Below, piece by piece: positions 10,389 to 20,824 of a stretch of 36,956 bases of DNA. The DNA is from Aduncisulcus paluster (Eukaryota), in contig BQXS01012585.1 of NCBI GenBank assembly GCA_024181965.1, positions 1 through 36,956 of the forward strand, given 5' to 3'. A program made the translations under genes and the position numbers. Every line of letters begins with the position of its first letter. Positions within the stretch are counted from its first letter, which is position 1. Below the pieces are notes generated by a model that saw only the letters and a list, made by a program, of their open reading frames with translations, did not search any database and had not been told where the DNA came from.

Positions 10389-10965
10389 TTGAATAGAGAA
10401 GGAATATTATCTAAAAAAATAAAAATAAACAGAATAATTGTGAATTTCAAAGAGAACAGTCCGAGACATAGACACCACGACCCCGACGAACAAAACGAAC
10501 AAGAAACGACCACACAGCACAATAATGGGTATAATTAGAAGTCACCAATTAAAATATGTCTAAATGTATAAGTAGTAAAAGATATGGCATACAGTAAATA
10601 TATAATATGTTATTTACGCAGAAAAAGACGACGACCAAACTCACAACCCCCGTCTGACAATCACGGAAAGTGATATTGCATAATATATAAATAAATATGT
10701 GTTGACTTTTCCTTTGTTTCATATATTGTATGTCATCCTCGTGAATCCACTCCCGACACAAAATCGTTTCATAAGTCCGACATTTGTTTACATATTGGAT
10801 TATAAAGTTACAAAATATGATGATAAGTTGCAGTTGAAATCTGTGAATATTGCATATATATCATCGACTTCTTGGCAGAGCTCTGGTGTAAGTATCAGTT
10901 AGTTTAAGTATCATACTATCATAGTACAGTATAGTAAACTTTTATTAAATCACGCTATGATAAAC

Positions 10966-13900
10966 TCATAACAACACAGCTCCTTCAATGTACGCATGTG
11001 TGATATAGCCAACATATACTATTGACACTTGCATATTGAAAGAAAGGGTCTTTACACAACTGCCGAAAGCATAAACGCATTTATCCATAACGCAATCAAG
11101 AATTCCGCTGTTCGAGATAATTCTAACAATTTCAGCAGCATCGATGGTCGGCAGGAAAAACGGTCTTCCATACCATAGACACTGTAAAGGTACAAGGGAC
11201 ATGAGTTCATAATGATATGGATGGAGCGCTTCACAGGGAAATTGCATTCCACGGCCAAGAGAACTATTCGCAACGGCCTCACAAATAGCTGGTGTGGCAA
11301 TATTTTGGAGGTATTTACACAAAGGAGCATGGAATTTCATTTTGGGCTGAAACACCATGTTTTGACGGTATGATACCATCAACTTGGTAAGCGAATGTGA
11401 CAACGCACGACTCAGTTCTCTATCTGTCGTTGTCATGAAATATGATCGCTTTTGGAGAGCAAATGAGGGAGGACACCACCAATAAAAAGGAGATGAGAGT
11501 GGAAGAATACCTCCAGAGCACTTATTTTGCATCCCTCGTCCAACTCGATTCCGATGCATGTTCTCGTATTTCTTTGTGGCATCAGTGAGCGACCTAATGA
11601 TTTGATTTGGATATCCGAGTAACCAGTCATTCAGATCATCAACGTCGAATCGGATCTCACCGATCAAATCATATTTCTGACGATTGACATACACTTGCTT
11701 ATGATTAAACAAACATCCAACACGCTTGAAGGGGAATTGGGGACTGTGAGTGTTGATAAAGGGCAAACCAATGTCCAAATGCCAATGAAGAACTTCACAG
11801 GAGGAAGACAACGTTAAGGAAGGAGCTTCTTTCGCAGGGGTTGTCACAACACGGCCAACAACCGTCCGGCGGAAGTTTCGAAGTTCGGTTGACGCCTGTA
11901 AATATGCCGTACGAATGTCATGGAAAGGAAGTCCAGAAAACAGAGATTTGTCAGACCGTACACCGTGGAGATCGCCGGAAGATGTGTTTGCTGCCAACTG
12001 TTTTGACTTACGAGGACTCAAATGGAATGCAAATTCACCGATATTTCCACTCAAATCAAGCCGTTTCACTTCACTGATTTCACTATCATCATCCGAATCC
12101 TCGAGATCGTGTCCCCCATGTCTTGAACGTATTTTCCCATGCTTGGACACACCTCCTTTCCCTCGCATATGCTTAATGCACGAAGCCCTCCCCTTCTCGA
12201 AGTCTTCCCATCCGTACCCAATCCTCATGCCACCTTTCCCATCCACAATCTCCTTCATGTGTCTCATATTGATGGAATATTCGGATATATACGTGAGNNN
12301 NNNNNNNNNNNNNNNNNCTGTTTTGACTTACGAGGACTCAAATGGAATGCAAATTCACCGATATTTCCACTCAAATCAAGCCGTTTCACTTCACTGATTT
12401 CACTATCATCATCCGAATCCTCGAGATCGTGTCCCCCATGTCTTGAACGTATTTTCCCATGCTTGGACACACCTCCTTTCCCTCGCATATGCTTAATGCA
12501 CGAAGCCCTCCCCTTCTCGAAGTCTTCCCATCCGTACCCAATCCTCATGCCACCTTTCCCATCCACAATCTCCTTCATGTGTCTCATATTGATGGAATAT
12601 TCGGATATATACGTGAGATAGGACAACATAAACGTGGGGTCAGAGCTTACAACAGATGGACGCGAGGCAGCAAGAGGGAAAGGGGAAGTAATGAAACACA
12701 TTCGACGCCAGACCTTATCATTGGGAAAAGTAACGCTTGACATACGTCTTAAAGCTGGTAACCGTTCAGTACGAGTCATCGGGAACGAACGGATATCGAT
12801 CTGGGTCTTTGCAATTCCGTTGCGTTGACCTGATGATAACTGTCCTGGTTTAGGAAGAACCAAATCTTTAAACCCAGAACCAGAAACACCATCGAGCATC
12901 ATACCTCCTGATCTATTTATAGAACCTCCTGATCTATTTATAGAACCTGCGGCATCAGGAATAACCCCGGCAGAGGAAGTCGTTGTCAGAGGCAGGGATT
13001 GATGATGAAGATCGGTGTCTGTTGTTAGAGAACTGTCCATGACAACTGTGGGATTGGAAGTAAGGGGTTGTTCAGATGTACCGGCAGAAGTACCGGCAGA
13101 AGTACCGGCAGAAGTACCGGCAGAAGTACCGGCAGAAGTACCGGTAGGATCTGTCGATGATGATGGAGGGATACCATTCATCGTATTGCGTTCCAATTCT
13201 TTTAATCTCTCTTTCTCTTCAGCCATAATGGTTTGGAATGGAGACATCATCTTTGCTGAGGCAGCATTAGGTAATTGCAATGATTTCTTTGGTTGTTTTT
13301 CTTCGCCTTCTTTTTTATAATCTCTTCTTTCTGCATCTTTCTTGCGCTGTTTACGTGATTTTTTCGAGGCAGAAGCATCGCCCCCAGATTCTCCAGTTTT
13401 CCGATGAAACACAGCTCTTTGCAAATGACTCGGCAAAAAAGATTCTTCAATCTCCAATATTTCTTCCCGTGGTCTATGAATATTTTTTTGCCACCCGCCT
13501 TCATCCTCATCATCTCTCTTATCGAAATTACTCAATTCCTCAGAGATGGAGGAGAGTTCTTCCTTCGAACGGGGCGGCTGGAGCAAAGCAGGTTTCTTGA
13601 TGGGTTTTGAATGTTTATGCATCGAGTAAGCCTGTAATTCTTCTTCTCCCAATGAAGCATCGATTGTAGATATTTTACCGCCCTTTTTCCTTTCCCATTC
13701 TTTCTGTTTTCTTCTGTAGCGACCTCTAAGGAGATGTCCACCGCCACAGACAGCTCCTTTATATAAAAGACACCCATCAATACACTCTCCCATCTCACTT
13801 TTCATCGATTTCTTGCTTCGATGACGAGTAACAACCCAGCAAGTTGGCTTATTGTTAGAATCGTGACCCAAAGCGACGTAAGCGTCTATTCCAAAACCTA

Positions 13901-16499
13901 AGAACAAAGAACACAGTGTGCATGCCTTTTCAAGCGCATGTCCACGTTTCCGAGCAAAAATGCTCATAGGCGATGAAATCTGCAGGGAAGGGGGTGGAAT
14001 GGATTCGTGAGGAGCATAAGGAAATTCATCGTGGTTGCGAATTAATCGCATAATAAATGCAGCCTCCATTGGGGAAGATAGGGAGGAAACTACAGGTCTG
14101 ACAAAAGCACAGGCAGGCCGAAAGACCCCAAACTCATCACACAACACGAGACAGAAATTCCTCCGTTTCAAAGTATGGCGGAATTGTCTCATATTCTTGT
14201 TATATACCCTGAACAGAGACTGCATTTCTTGTCTCTTTTCCATCAGAGCATGACTCAGCGAGGAAGTGGATCCTGAGTTTGAAATTGTACCAGCCGAGTG
14301 GGAGGTCTGGAGGGTTGGCACAAGAGGACTTGAACCGTAAACAATCTCACCTGAAGGAACAGGATCGATCTTTGCAAACATTGGACTGTGTTCTCTAATT
14401 GCTTCTCGAAATTCAAGCCTTTCCTGCTGTTTTTGGACCATAATTTCGGATTTCTTTTGTAAAGATTCCCTGACAAATTCAATGGGGGACTTGGAGTGTT
14501 TGGATCGCGATTTGGGAAGGTATTCTACAAATGGATTTGAACTTTTAGGTTTGCGAGCTTGTTCTTGAAACAATTCTTCCTCTTTTGTAAGCTCACTCTC
14601 ACCCTTTTCATATTTATAATCTTTAGGAATGGCGGAACTTTTCAATGGAGTGTACGTAGGAAATTCAATTGTCCCTGAGAAGTCTTGATGCTGAGTTGGA
14701 AGATCAGATTGAAGAGCACTATCATCATGACGGCCAGAGGCGGTACCAACACTTCCCCCGCCGGCAGAACCACCGGCAGAACCTCCGGCTCCAGATGAGT
14801 TCAGAGGAGGAGCGTGAGATGATCCTTTCAAAGCAGTGAGAGATGTTGATACGACACTTGAATCTGATTCGGTCACATCAATGGTATTTTCTATCTTTGA
14901 CAACGAAGATGAAGTGATTATTTTATCGATTGAAGCTCCAGATCCTCTTCTTTGTGCTTTTAGATGCCCATGTTTGTTACTTTTCCCCTTTTTCCCTTTC
15001 TTCCCTTTGCCTCCCTTATGACTGTTTTTACCCGTATCTTTGGCTCCTTTTGATCCTGATAATGACGACCCCACAGTTTCATCTTCACTATTAACAGGGA
15101 GATCAAAGCTCAAAATTGGATGGCCTTGACTATCCACAAAACTGTCTCCGTGGTGTTCACCATCAAAACCATGTTTCCTTGTTTCCTTGTCTTGGACAAC
15201 ACGCATCCACTCGTCAATGGAGATTTTGTGATCAATATGGAGGGTACTGTTTCGTTGCGAGGTGGCCAGTTCACGACGTCTTGCCGTGTTGATGCCGCCT
15301 AACTCATCAAGGGATCCATACATCGATGATAACGAGTGCATTAGAGGTGGATTGCGTTGTTTCTTTCTTCTTTTGAGCTCTTTCTCTCTCTCAAGAGCAA
15401 CCTGACTGTCAATCGAGTGGACTAAATGTTGAGCAATGTTGAAATCGGTCTCAATCTTCTTTCTATGCCTCTCGAAGAAAATATCTTGATCAAAACAGGT
15501 CCAGCAAGCAACGTTAGTATTGCTGCAACGGACAGAAACTTCCATAACGACGTCTGCACATCCATATGGCAACAAAAATGGAGAAGTCAGGAACATGGTG
15601 TGCGTTGACGTGTGGGGAGCATGGGCCAAAGCAGATAAAAGCGGTAAATGACAAGTTCCAATGAGTTCGCTGAAGGCACCAGAGGAGGTCGAGATAAGAT
15701 CATGCACAGAGATGTTCAAATATTGCGATTGCAGCCATATCATCAAGTCACTCACGTTGTCCGTGGGGAAATGAACTCTCATCTTCGAAGTTAAGCGAGG
15801 GAAAATCAGATTGGCATGACGAGCCTGGACATCGCGAATGACAGGCGTTTGAGTACGGGTGTATCCACAAGAAAGCCGGAAAAAGGGACTAATTTTACCC
15901 ATACTAATTCCAGACAATGGCATATATTTAGGTCTGCAGAAAAAGTTCAAGTTACCAACACTTTGAATCGTAACAACCAAATCAGTCCCACAAAACCCAT
16001 TTGGATCTAAAACACTCTTTTCTTTATCGTTCACATCATCATATAGTTTCTGGGCTTCAGAGAATTTGGATAAAAAGCCTTGGACTGTTAGGCTTTCGGT
16101 ACCCTTTGGGAAAAAATGCTTTAGTGTCGAGTTCACATCTTGGATTTGGAACCCTGTTTTACCTGTTTGTAAAATCCTGGCGAAAGTTTCTTCATCAAGC
16201 GCCCGGCCATATTTCTTCTTGAAATGGTCAAAAGCTCTGCGTGCTGCATCTCTCTTACCTTCGAGTATTTTTTCATAGTCTCCAATGAAAACAAGAAAGT
16301 CTTCAAAATCAAGACGAAAATCTCCATGCCTATCGTACATTTTAACATAAGTTTGAGCCTGTTCATGAGTTTCAAAGGGTCCAAAGAATGGTAACAATCT
16401 AAAGAGATCTGCCGCACCAATTTTACCATCACTTGAGGTTGTAAATTGCCGAAAAATCTCTTTAAACGAGCGAACCTGAAATTCTGATAAATGAGACAT
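10966..16499 (-). CDS. EF-hand + C2 + transglutaminase-like CEP76/CC2D2A-family basal-body protein (one ~1737-aa gene after collapsing the gap duplication)
   Basis: EF loops TTSSDGKIGAADL and DRHGDFRLDFEDF; C2-like strands (LVVTIQSVGNL..PFFRL..LNISVHD..LIGTCHLPL); CEP76-like GHALEKACTLCSLFLGFGIDAYVALG..CWVVT and FPFKRVGCLFNHKQVYVNRQ. The two ORF-track entries share identical duplicated sequence around the N gap. Confidence 0.8.
11998..12617. repeat. Exact 300-bp duplication (11998-12297 = 12318-12617) around a 20-N gap; unmerged contig overlap
   Basis: Identical sequence on both sides of the N run 12298-12317; collapsing it restores one reading frame. Confidence 0.92.
12904..12948. repeat. 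Coding 21-bp tandem repeat x2 (GSINRSG)
   Basis: CCTCCTGATCTATTTATAGAA occurs twice in tandem. Confidence 0.85.
13078..13144. repeat. Coding 12-bp minisatellite GTACCGGCAGAA x5.5 (GTSA repeats)
   Basis: Perfect tandem copies read directly from the sequence. Confidence 0.95.
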
Positions 16500-16663
16500 G
16501 TAATTCTAAAAGTAAAAGAATATATTCAAATAATATGGTTTAGTTAGGTAAAATAAAAGGAATTGATAACAATGAATATTGAATAATATTCTTATATTCA
16601 ATCAAAAAGACAAAACAAAATCAGGTGGAAGCAAAAATGCAGAGAATATAAATTTATGATCAT

Positions 16664-17275
16664 TTATTTGCTTAATGATGATGATATTTCTCGTTTGAAA
16701 CTTTCAACCAATGCTTTAGCTCTTTTCCCGATGGATTTGATGGAAGACTGAGAAAACTCCGATAGCTCCCCTCCAATCAATTTAAATTCTCCTTGAACAT
16801 ATCCACACACACAACTATATGTTTTATCACTTTCTACGTCGGATTCTTCTTCTTTCGGAGAAGGATTTGGAAGTATAGCAATTGGAAATCCCTTCATTTC
16901 AACACCAGCATCTATGAGAGCAAGGGAAACTGAATTAAATATGTGATCAAGCCTTCGCTCTCCCATTTCTATTATGTCAATTCTGATTGATATTTCTGAT
17001 CTAGGATATCTATCCAGCATAACTATGATTGAAAACATTTTTTCAATGAACAAACTGACATCTTCATTGGCCTTTTCAATTTCTTTTTCCATATCTAATC
17101 CAGAATATAACGTGTGATATGAAGAACACGCAATAATTCCCATATTAACTGAATCTATCTTTTTTATACTCGGAAACGGGCCAGTAACAGAGGTAATAAC
17201 TTTAGTCGAATCGGTTTCATAATAACATGAACCTGAAGCTCTATTATTTACGTTTAATTTAAAAGACAACTTCAT
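16664..17275 (-). CDS. Exosome core RNase PH-family subunit (Rrp41/Mtr3/Rrp46-like)
   Basis: RASGSCYYETDSTKVITSVTGP and LDRYPRSEISIRIDIIE..FNSVSLALIDAGVEMK match RNase PH domain signatures. First ATG is at 17275; the paralog cannot be assigned. Confidence 0.85.
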   Translation of the reverse strand: MKLSFKLNVNNRASGSCYYETDSTKVITSVTGPFPSIKKIDSVNMGIIACSSYHTLYSGLDMEKEIEKANEDVSLFIEKMFSIIVMLDRYPRSEISIRIDIIEMGERRLDHIFNSVSLALIDAGVEMKGFPIAILPNPSPKEEESDVESDKTYSCVCGYVQGEFKLIGGELSEFSQSSIKSIGKRAKALVESFKREISSSLSK

Positions 17276-17314
17276 ATTTGTGTCCAAAACACTGATTTAT
17301 TGAGAGATGAATTT

Positions 17315-18249
17315 TTTTTGCGACTATGTCGCACTGCGACCTTTTCAATATTCTAAAAACGTTAAAATTAATATCCTGTGATACCCTTATTCATTTATTA
17401 TTTTTTTATTTTTATCTGCTTGCTTAATAGCAAACTTGATGAATCCAAAATTCTTACACGCGGGAATGTGTATATTTACAATAGATCCATATCATGAGAA
17501 GATATCTCTCAGTAAATCTTCAGTTTTATCGCCAATTCCAAAAATAAATAATGTCTGGGGAGTGATTTTGGTTGGAGGCGAAGATACGCAACTCTAACAG
17601 AACTCTAAAAACCATTCTCTCTTGCTTCCATGGTCATAGCACCATTTCATATGATCGTAAAGAGCACATATCATTGGATTTTTGGGATAGAAATGCAAGG
17701 ATAATAGATACACGAGATGAGCCCACGGATCGAACTCCAAGGTCATTTCTAGAATGCCCTGAGATGCCGGGGAAGGCTATAAAAAGGCCTTTTCAGCTAC
17801 AGGAAAAGGACATCCAGCAACACCCGCAGTAAGAAAGGTTCCAAGAATAATGTCACATGTTGTAAAGAATATGGGTGGGATATTTATCAAAGTTGACGAA
17901 TATCACACTTCCAAATTATGTCCATGTTGTTACCAAAAACTTAGTACGATGAATCCGAAAACTCGTTTGAGAAAGTGTCCTGGTTGTCACCATGAAGGCC
18001 ACCGTGATTCTTTAGCTGCATTAAATATTGCTAATCTTGGTTATTATGAGTTTCTAGGTATCCCAAGACCTCCAGAATTTTGTTATTCCCAAGATCTTCA
18101 TCATCCTCGGCCACATCCAAGACAAAGACTTTCCTCTGGATTATAATTCTATTTTACCAATTTTACTATTTTTACTCACCGCGTGTTTTCACGATGGTGC
18201 AATTTGAACAATCTTTTTGCATGCTGTCGCTTTGCGACGCATCGCAAAT
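17315..18249 (+). mobile_element. ~935-bp non-autonomous Fanzor/TnpB-bearing element with imperfect inverted ends
   Basis: Left end TTTGCGActatGTCGCActGCGAC; reverse complement of the right end TTTGCGAtgcGTCGCAaaGCGAC. TGAATTT flanks both sides (17308-17314 and 18250-18256). The Fanzor remnant lies inside. Confidence 0.6.
17439..18146 (+). pseudogene. Degenerate Fanzor (eukaryotic TnpB-family RuvC nuclease)
   Basis: RuvC-I VWGV/DFGWRRRYA with a 1-nt frameshift at ~17562-17564; *DAG..FSATGKGHPATP from 17760; RuvC-II IKVDEYHTSKLCPCC (E at 17898); CPGC completing the Zn ribbon; RuvC-III HRDSLAALNI (D at 18006); then GIPRPPEF. Confidence 0.85.
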
Positions 18250-18712
18250 TGAATTTGTTCTTTATTGAGATAACTATAGATATTAAGAAAGTCTTTTAAA
18301 AGATTAAAACCATGAAAAACAACATAATTGCATTCCAAAATAAGATAACCAATCTGAGATATTGAAGAGCCTGGACGACAGAATGAATTTTTCCAGTCAC
18401 AGATTCAGGATCTGTCGACACGGGCTTGTTTGTAAGCTTTCCAAGATTTAAAATGGCTCCAGCGTTAACTATCATGGTACTAATAACAACATTACAAAAT
18501 AAAATTTCAAAATAAGAATAGATTCAATAAATAATAATACAAACTCATATCTCTGTTATACATACAAAAATAAGACAATATCTGATATTTTTGTAAACAT
18601 TTTTCAAGTATAGTTTTAATAATCTGATATTTTGTTCAGTAATTTCTTCAATAGGATCAAATGAGACACTTCAATTTTTTCTCTGTGATGGACGAGACTC
18701 AGTTTGGTGGCA

Positions 18713-20314
18713 ATGTCAGATGGAATAGGGAAAACATTTACGTACCTTGTCGTAAATGGCCATTATACTACCAAAAAATTTAAATTAAAAATCCCTGTTG
18801 CGCTCGTTCCATTCCATTTATATTTTCATCTTGTAAGGCGTTTAACAGCCCGTGCAAAAGTAGTATCAATATATGAAGAAGAGGCAAAAGATATAATTAA
18901 TTCATTTTTGAGGGAGAACGATGTTGATCTTTCAGTTTCTCCAGATACTGAATTCAGATCAAAGGTTAGAGAAGTAATACGGGATCTTCCCCACAATGTT
19001 AAGTCGAGAAGAAAAGATATAGAGATTCGTCCATCAATATATAGTGTTGATTCACTTGATTTTTCCCAGAATCCACAATATCCTTTGTCCCTTCTTGAAC
19101 ATTCCCTGAAATGTTTTCATGATGTTAGTATCTCGGGAAAAGAAGGGCATTCATCAAAGAAATTTAAAGTTACAGTTAATAGAAAAGCCAGAAAGACATT
19201 CTCTGGAGGAAAACCCGATGTTAAACCATCTGGTCACGAACGACACATTGTAACAATGTGTATAAATTATCTAAAGAGTCCAGAGCATCTTCATACCCCA
19301 TTATCGATATATACTCTTCGCTATATGGTTATTTCAGAATATATTAAGAATGTTGGGTGGAATCCAAGACCTCGCTATCTGGATTATCCTTTCCCATTTA
19401 TTACGGAGACTTTTGCTTCATATCCCAATGTAGATATCTTTTGCAGTGAACAAAGCTTTCGCTTCAGACCCAAATACCCGCTATATAAGGCCCCTCAAGT
19501 AGCCAGAGTTGTACCGCTGATTCAGAATGGAATATCGGCCAAAGAGCTCGAAGAAAGTTGCCCATCGACAAAATTGAAGTCCATTATTGCTAAACAAAGT
19601 GTTTGGGCCTTCGAGGAGCCTGGGAATGCTGCTGCAAATTTATTCAGTTTTGTTATGTTTCCCAATGAAGCACAGAGTCTATTTACGAAAGAAGAGTTGA
19701 AAACCGTTGCATTAAGCAAGCGTAGGGCCTCCAGTGACCATCGAAAGCTCTCTGCTCTCCTTAAGAAGAAGAGACCAGGTCAATCGGGTACATTATCCTC
19801 CTCATCCTCCTCATCATCATCCTCTTCCTCCTCCTCTTCAAAAAAACGGTCTGCGTCAAGTATTGGTGGGAGTGACCCGGGATCAAATGGAAATCCCAAT
19901 TCTACCCGTGGGATTGATTCAAGTTCTTCCTCCAGGTCTGAAGAAGATCCTGAGGACTCTAGTGATATGGATGGGAAAGAGGGAGACGATATTCCGGCAA
20001 TCTTGGATGTTGAGTTCGCTTCTGCATATACTCATAAGAAGGACAAACTCAAACCCCCAAGTTTAGTCGAAGAATTGGCACCAAAAGACCTTAGGGATGC
20101 TTGGGACTCCATAGGAGAAGTTAAGCGCATCAATCTACCTATTTTTAGAATCAATCGTGATGAGTTACTTCGGGAACAACGTCAGATTGGGAAAGATTCG
20201 TCAAAACGGAAACATGGTGCCAAATCAACTAAGTGCACAAATGATCATCTAATTAACAAAGATAGCGAAGAAGGAATACTGCTCGAAAGAGAATTTGCTC
20301 AATTTAAAGAGTAA
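18713..20314 (+). CDS. GTF2E2: General transcription factor TFIIE beta subunit (GTF2E2/Tfa2)-like, with N-terminal extension and Ser/acidic insertion
   Basis: CINYLK..PLS, FRFRPKYPL, GISAKELEESCP, DLRDAWDSI and KCTNDHL fall in the same order as recalled TFIIE-beta motifs (YAFKPKYNV, GILLEDIEEALP, EFQKLWRSV, KTHNEHL). First ATG is at 18713. Confidence 0.7.
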   Translation: MSDGIGKTFTYLVVNGHYTTKKFKLKIPVALVPFHLYFHLVRRLTARAKVVSIYEEEAKDIINSFLRENDVDLSVSPDTEFRSKVREVIRDLPHNVKSRRKDIEIRPSIYSVDSLDFSQNPQYPLSLLEHSLKCFHDVSISGKEGHSSKKFKVTVNRKARKTFSGGKPDVKPSGHERHIVTMCINYLKSPEHLHTPLSIYTLRYMVISEYIKNVGWNPRPRYLDYPFPFITETFASYPNVDIFCSEQSFRFRPKYPLYKAPQVARVVPLIQNGISAKELEESCPSTKLKSIIAKQSVWAFEEPGNAAANLFSFVMFPNEAQSLFTKEELKTVALSKRRASSDHRKLSALLKKKRPGQSGTLSSSSSSSSSSSSSSSKKRSASSIGGSDPGSNGNPNSTRGIDSSSSSRSEEDPEDSSDMDGKEGDDIPAILDVEFASAYTHKKDKLKPPSLVEELAPKDLRDAWDSIGEVKRINLPIFRINRDELLREQRQIGKDSSKRKHGAKSTKCTNDHLINKDSEEGILLEREFAQFKE

Positions 20315-20824
20315 TTGTGAACCCAATGGATACTTCATTACTTCTCAAAAATATAAAAATAGTTTTATTCGAGAATATGTGGATAGTATCGGATTTAGTG
20401 GGGTTGTGTTAGTTCTCTTTCTCATGTTTCTATATTTAGGATGTCCATTGAACAAATATATATATATAATACAAAGTATTACTAGACAAAGAAGAAGATA
20501 TTCTGAAAAGAATGGAGGAATTTACTCGAACAGTTTGAATGTTGCCAACGTTGGTATTTCTTCACAACGGTCTTTGGTTTAATCACGAACCAAAAAAAAA
20601 AAAATTGATTGAAGTATTTTATTTTTTGGATACTTATGTCAACCACATCCTATTTATAGATACGCTGAGAAAGTCCTCGGTAGATCGTGATCTTTTTTTA
20701 TGAGGGATTCTAAATATAGATATTTATCGATATACTTTAATAAAACCATAGATATAATGCCAACAAAGCTGAAGTAGAGTTGTAATTTTGAAATACTGTT
20801 CTAAAAATAGACTTGGATCTAACT

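Noticed and set aside
10460-10660. AC-rich ACGAC/ACGAAC motifs upstream of the 9309-10388 gene
   Set aside because: No regular period or stable structure; cannot be distinguished from promoter compositional bias.
11998-12617. 300-bp direct repeat as a biological duplication or LTR
   Set aside because: It is identical, abuts a 20-N gap, and collapsing it restores one ORF; assembly artefact.
13078-13144. Tandem repeats (also 27219-27323) as CRISPR-like arrays
   Set aside because: No spacers; units are multiples of 3 inside coding regions.
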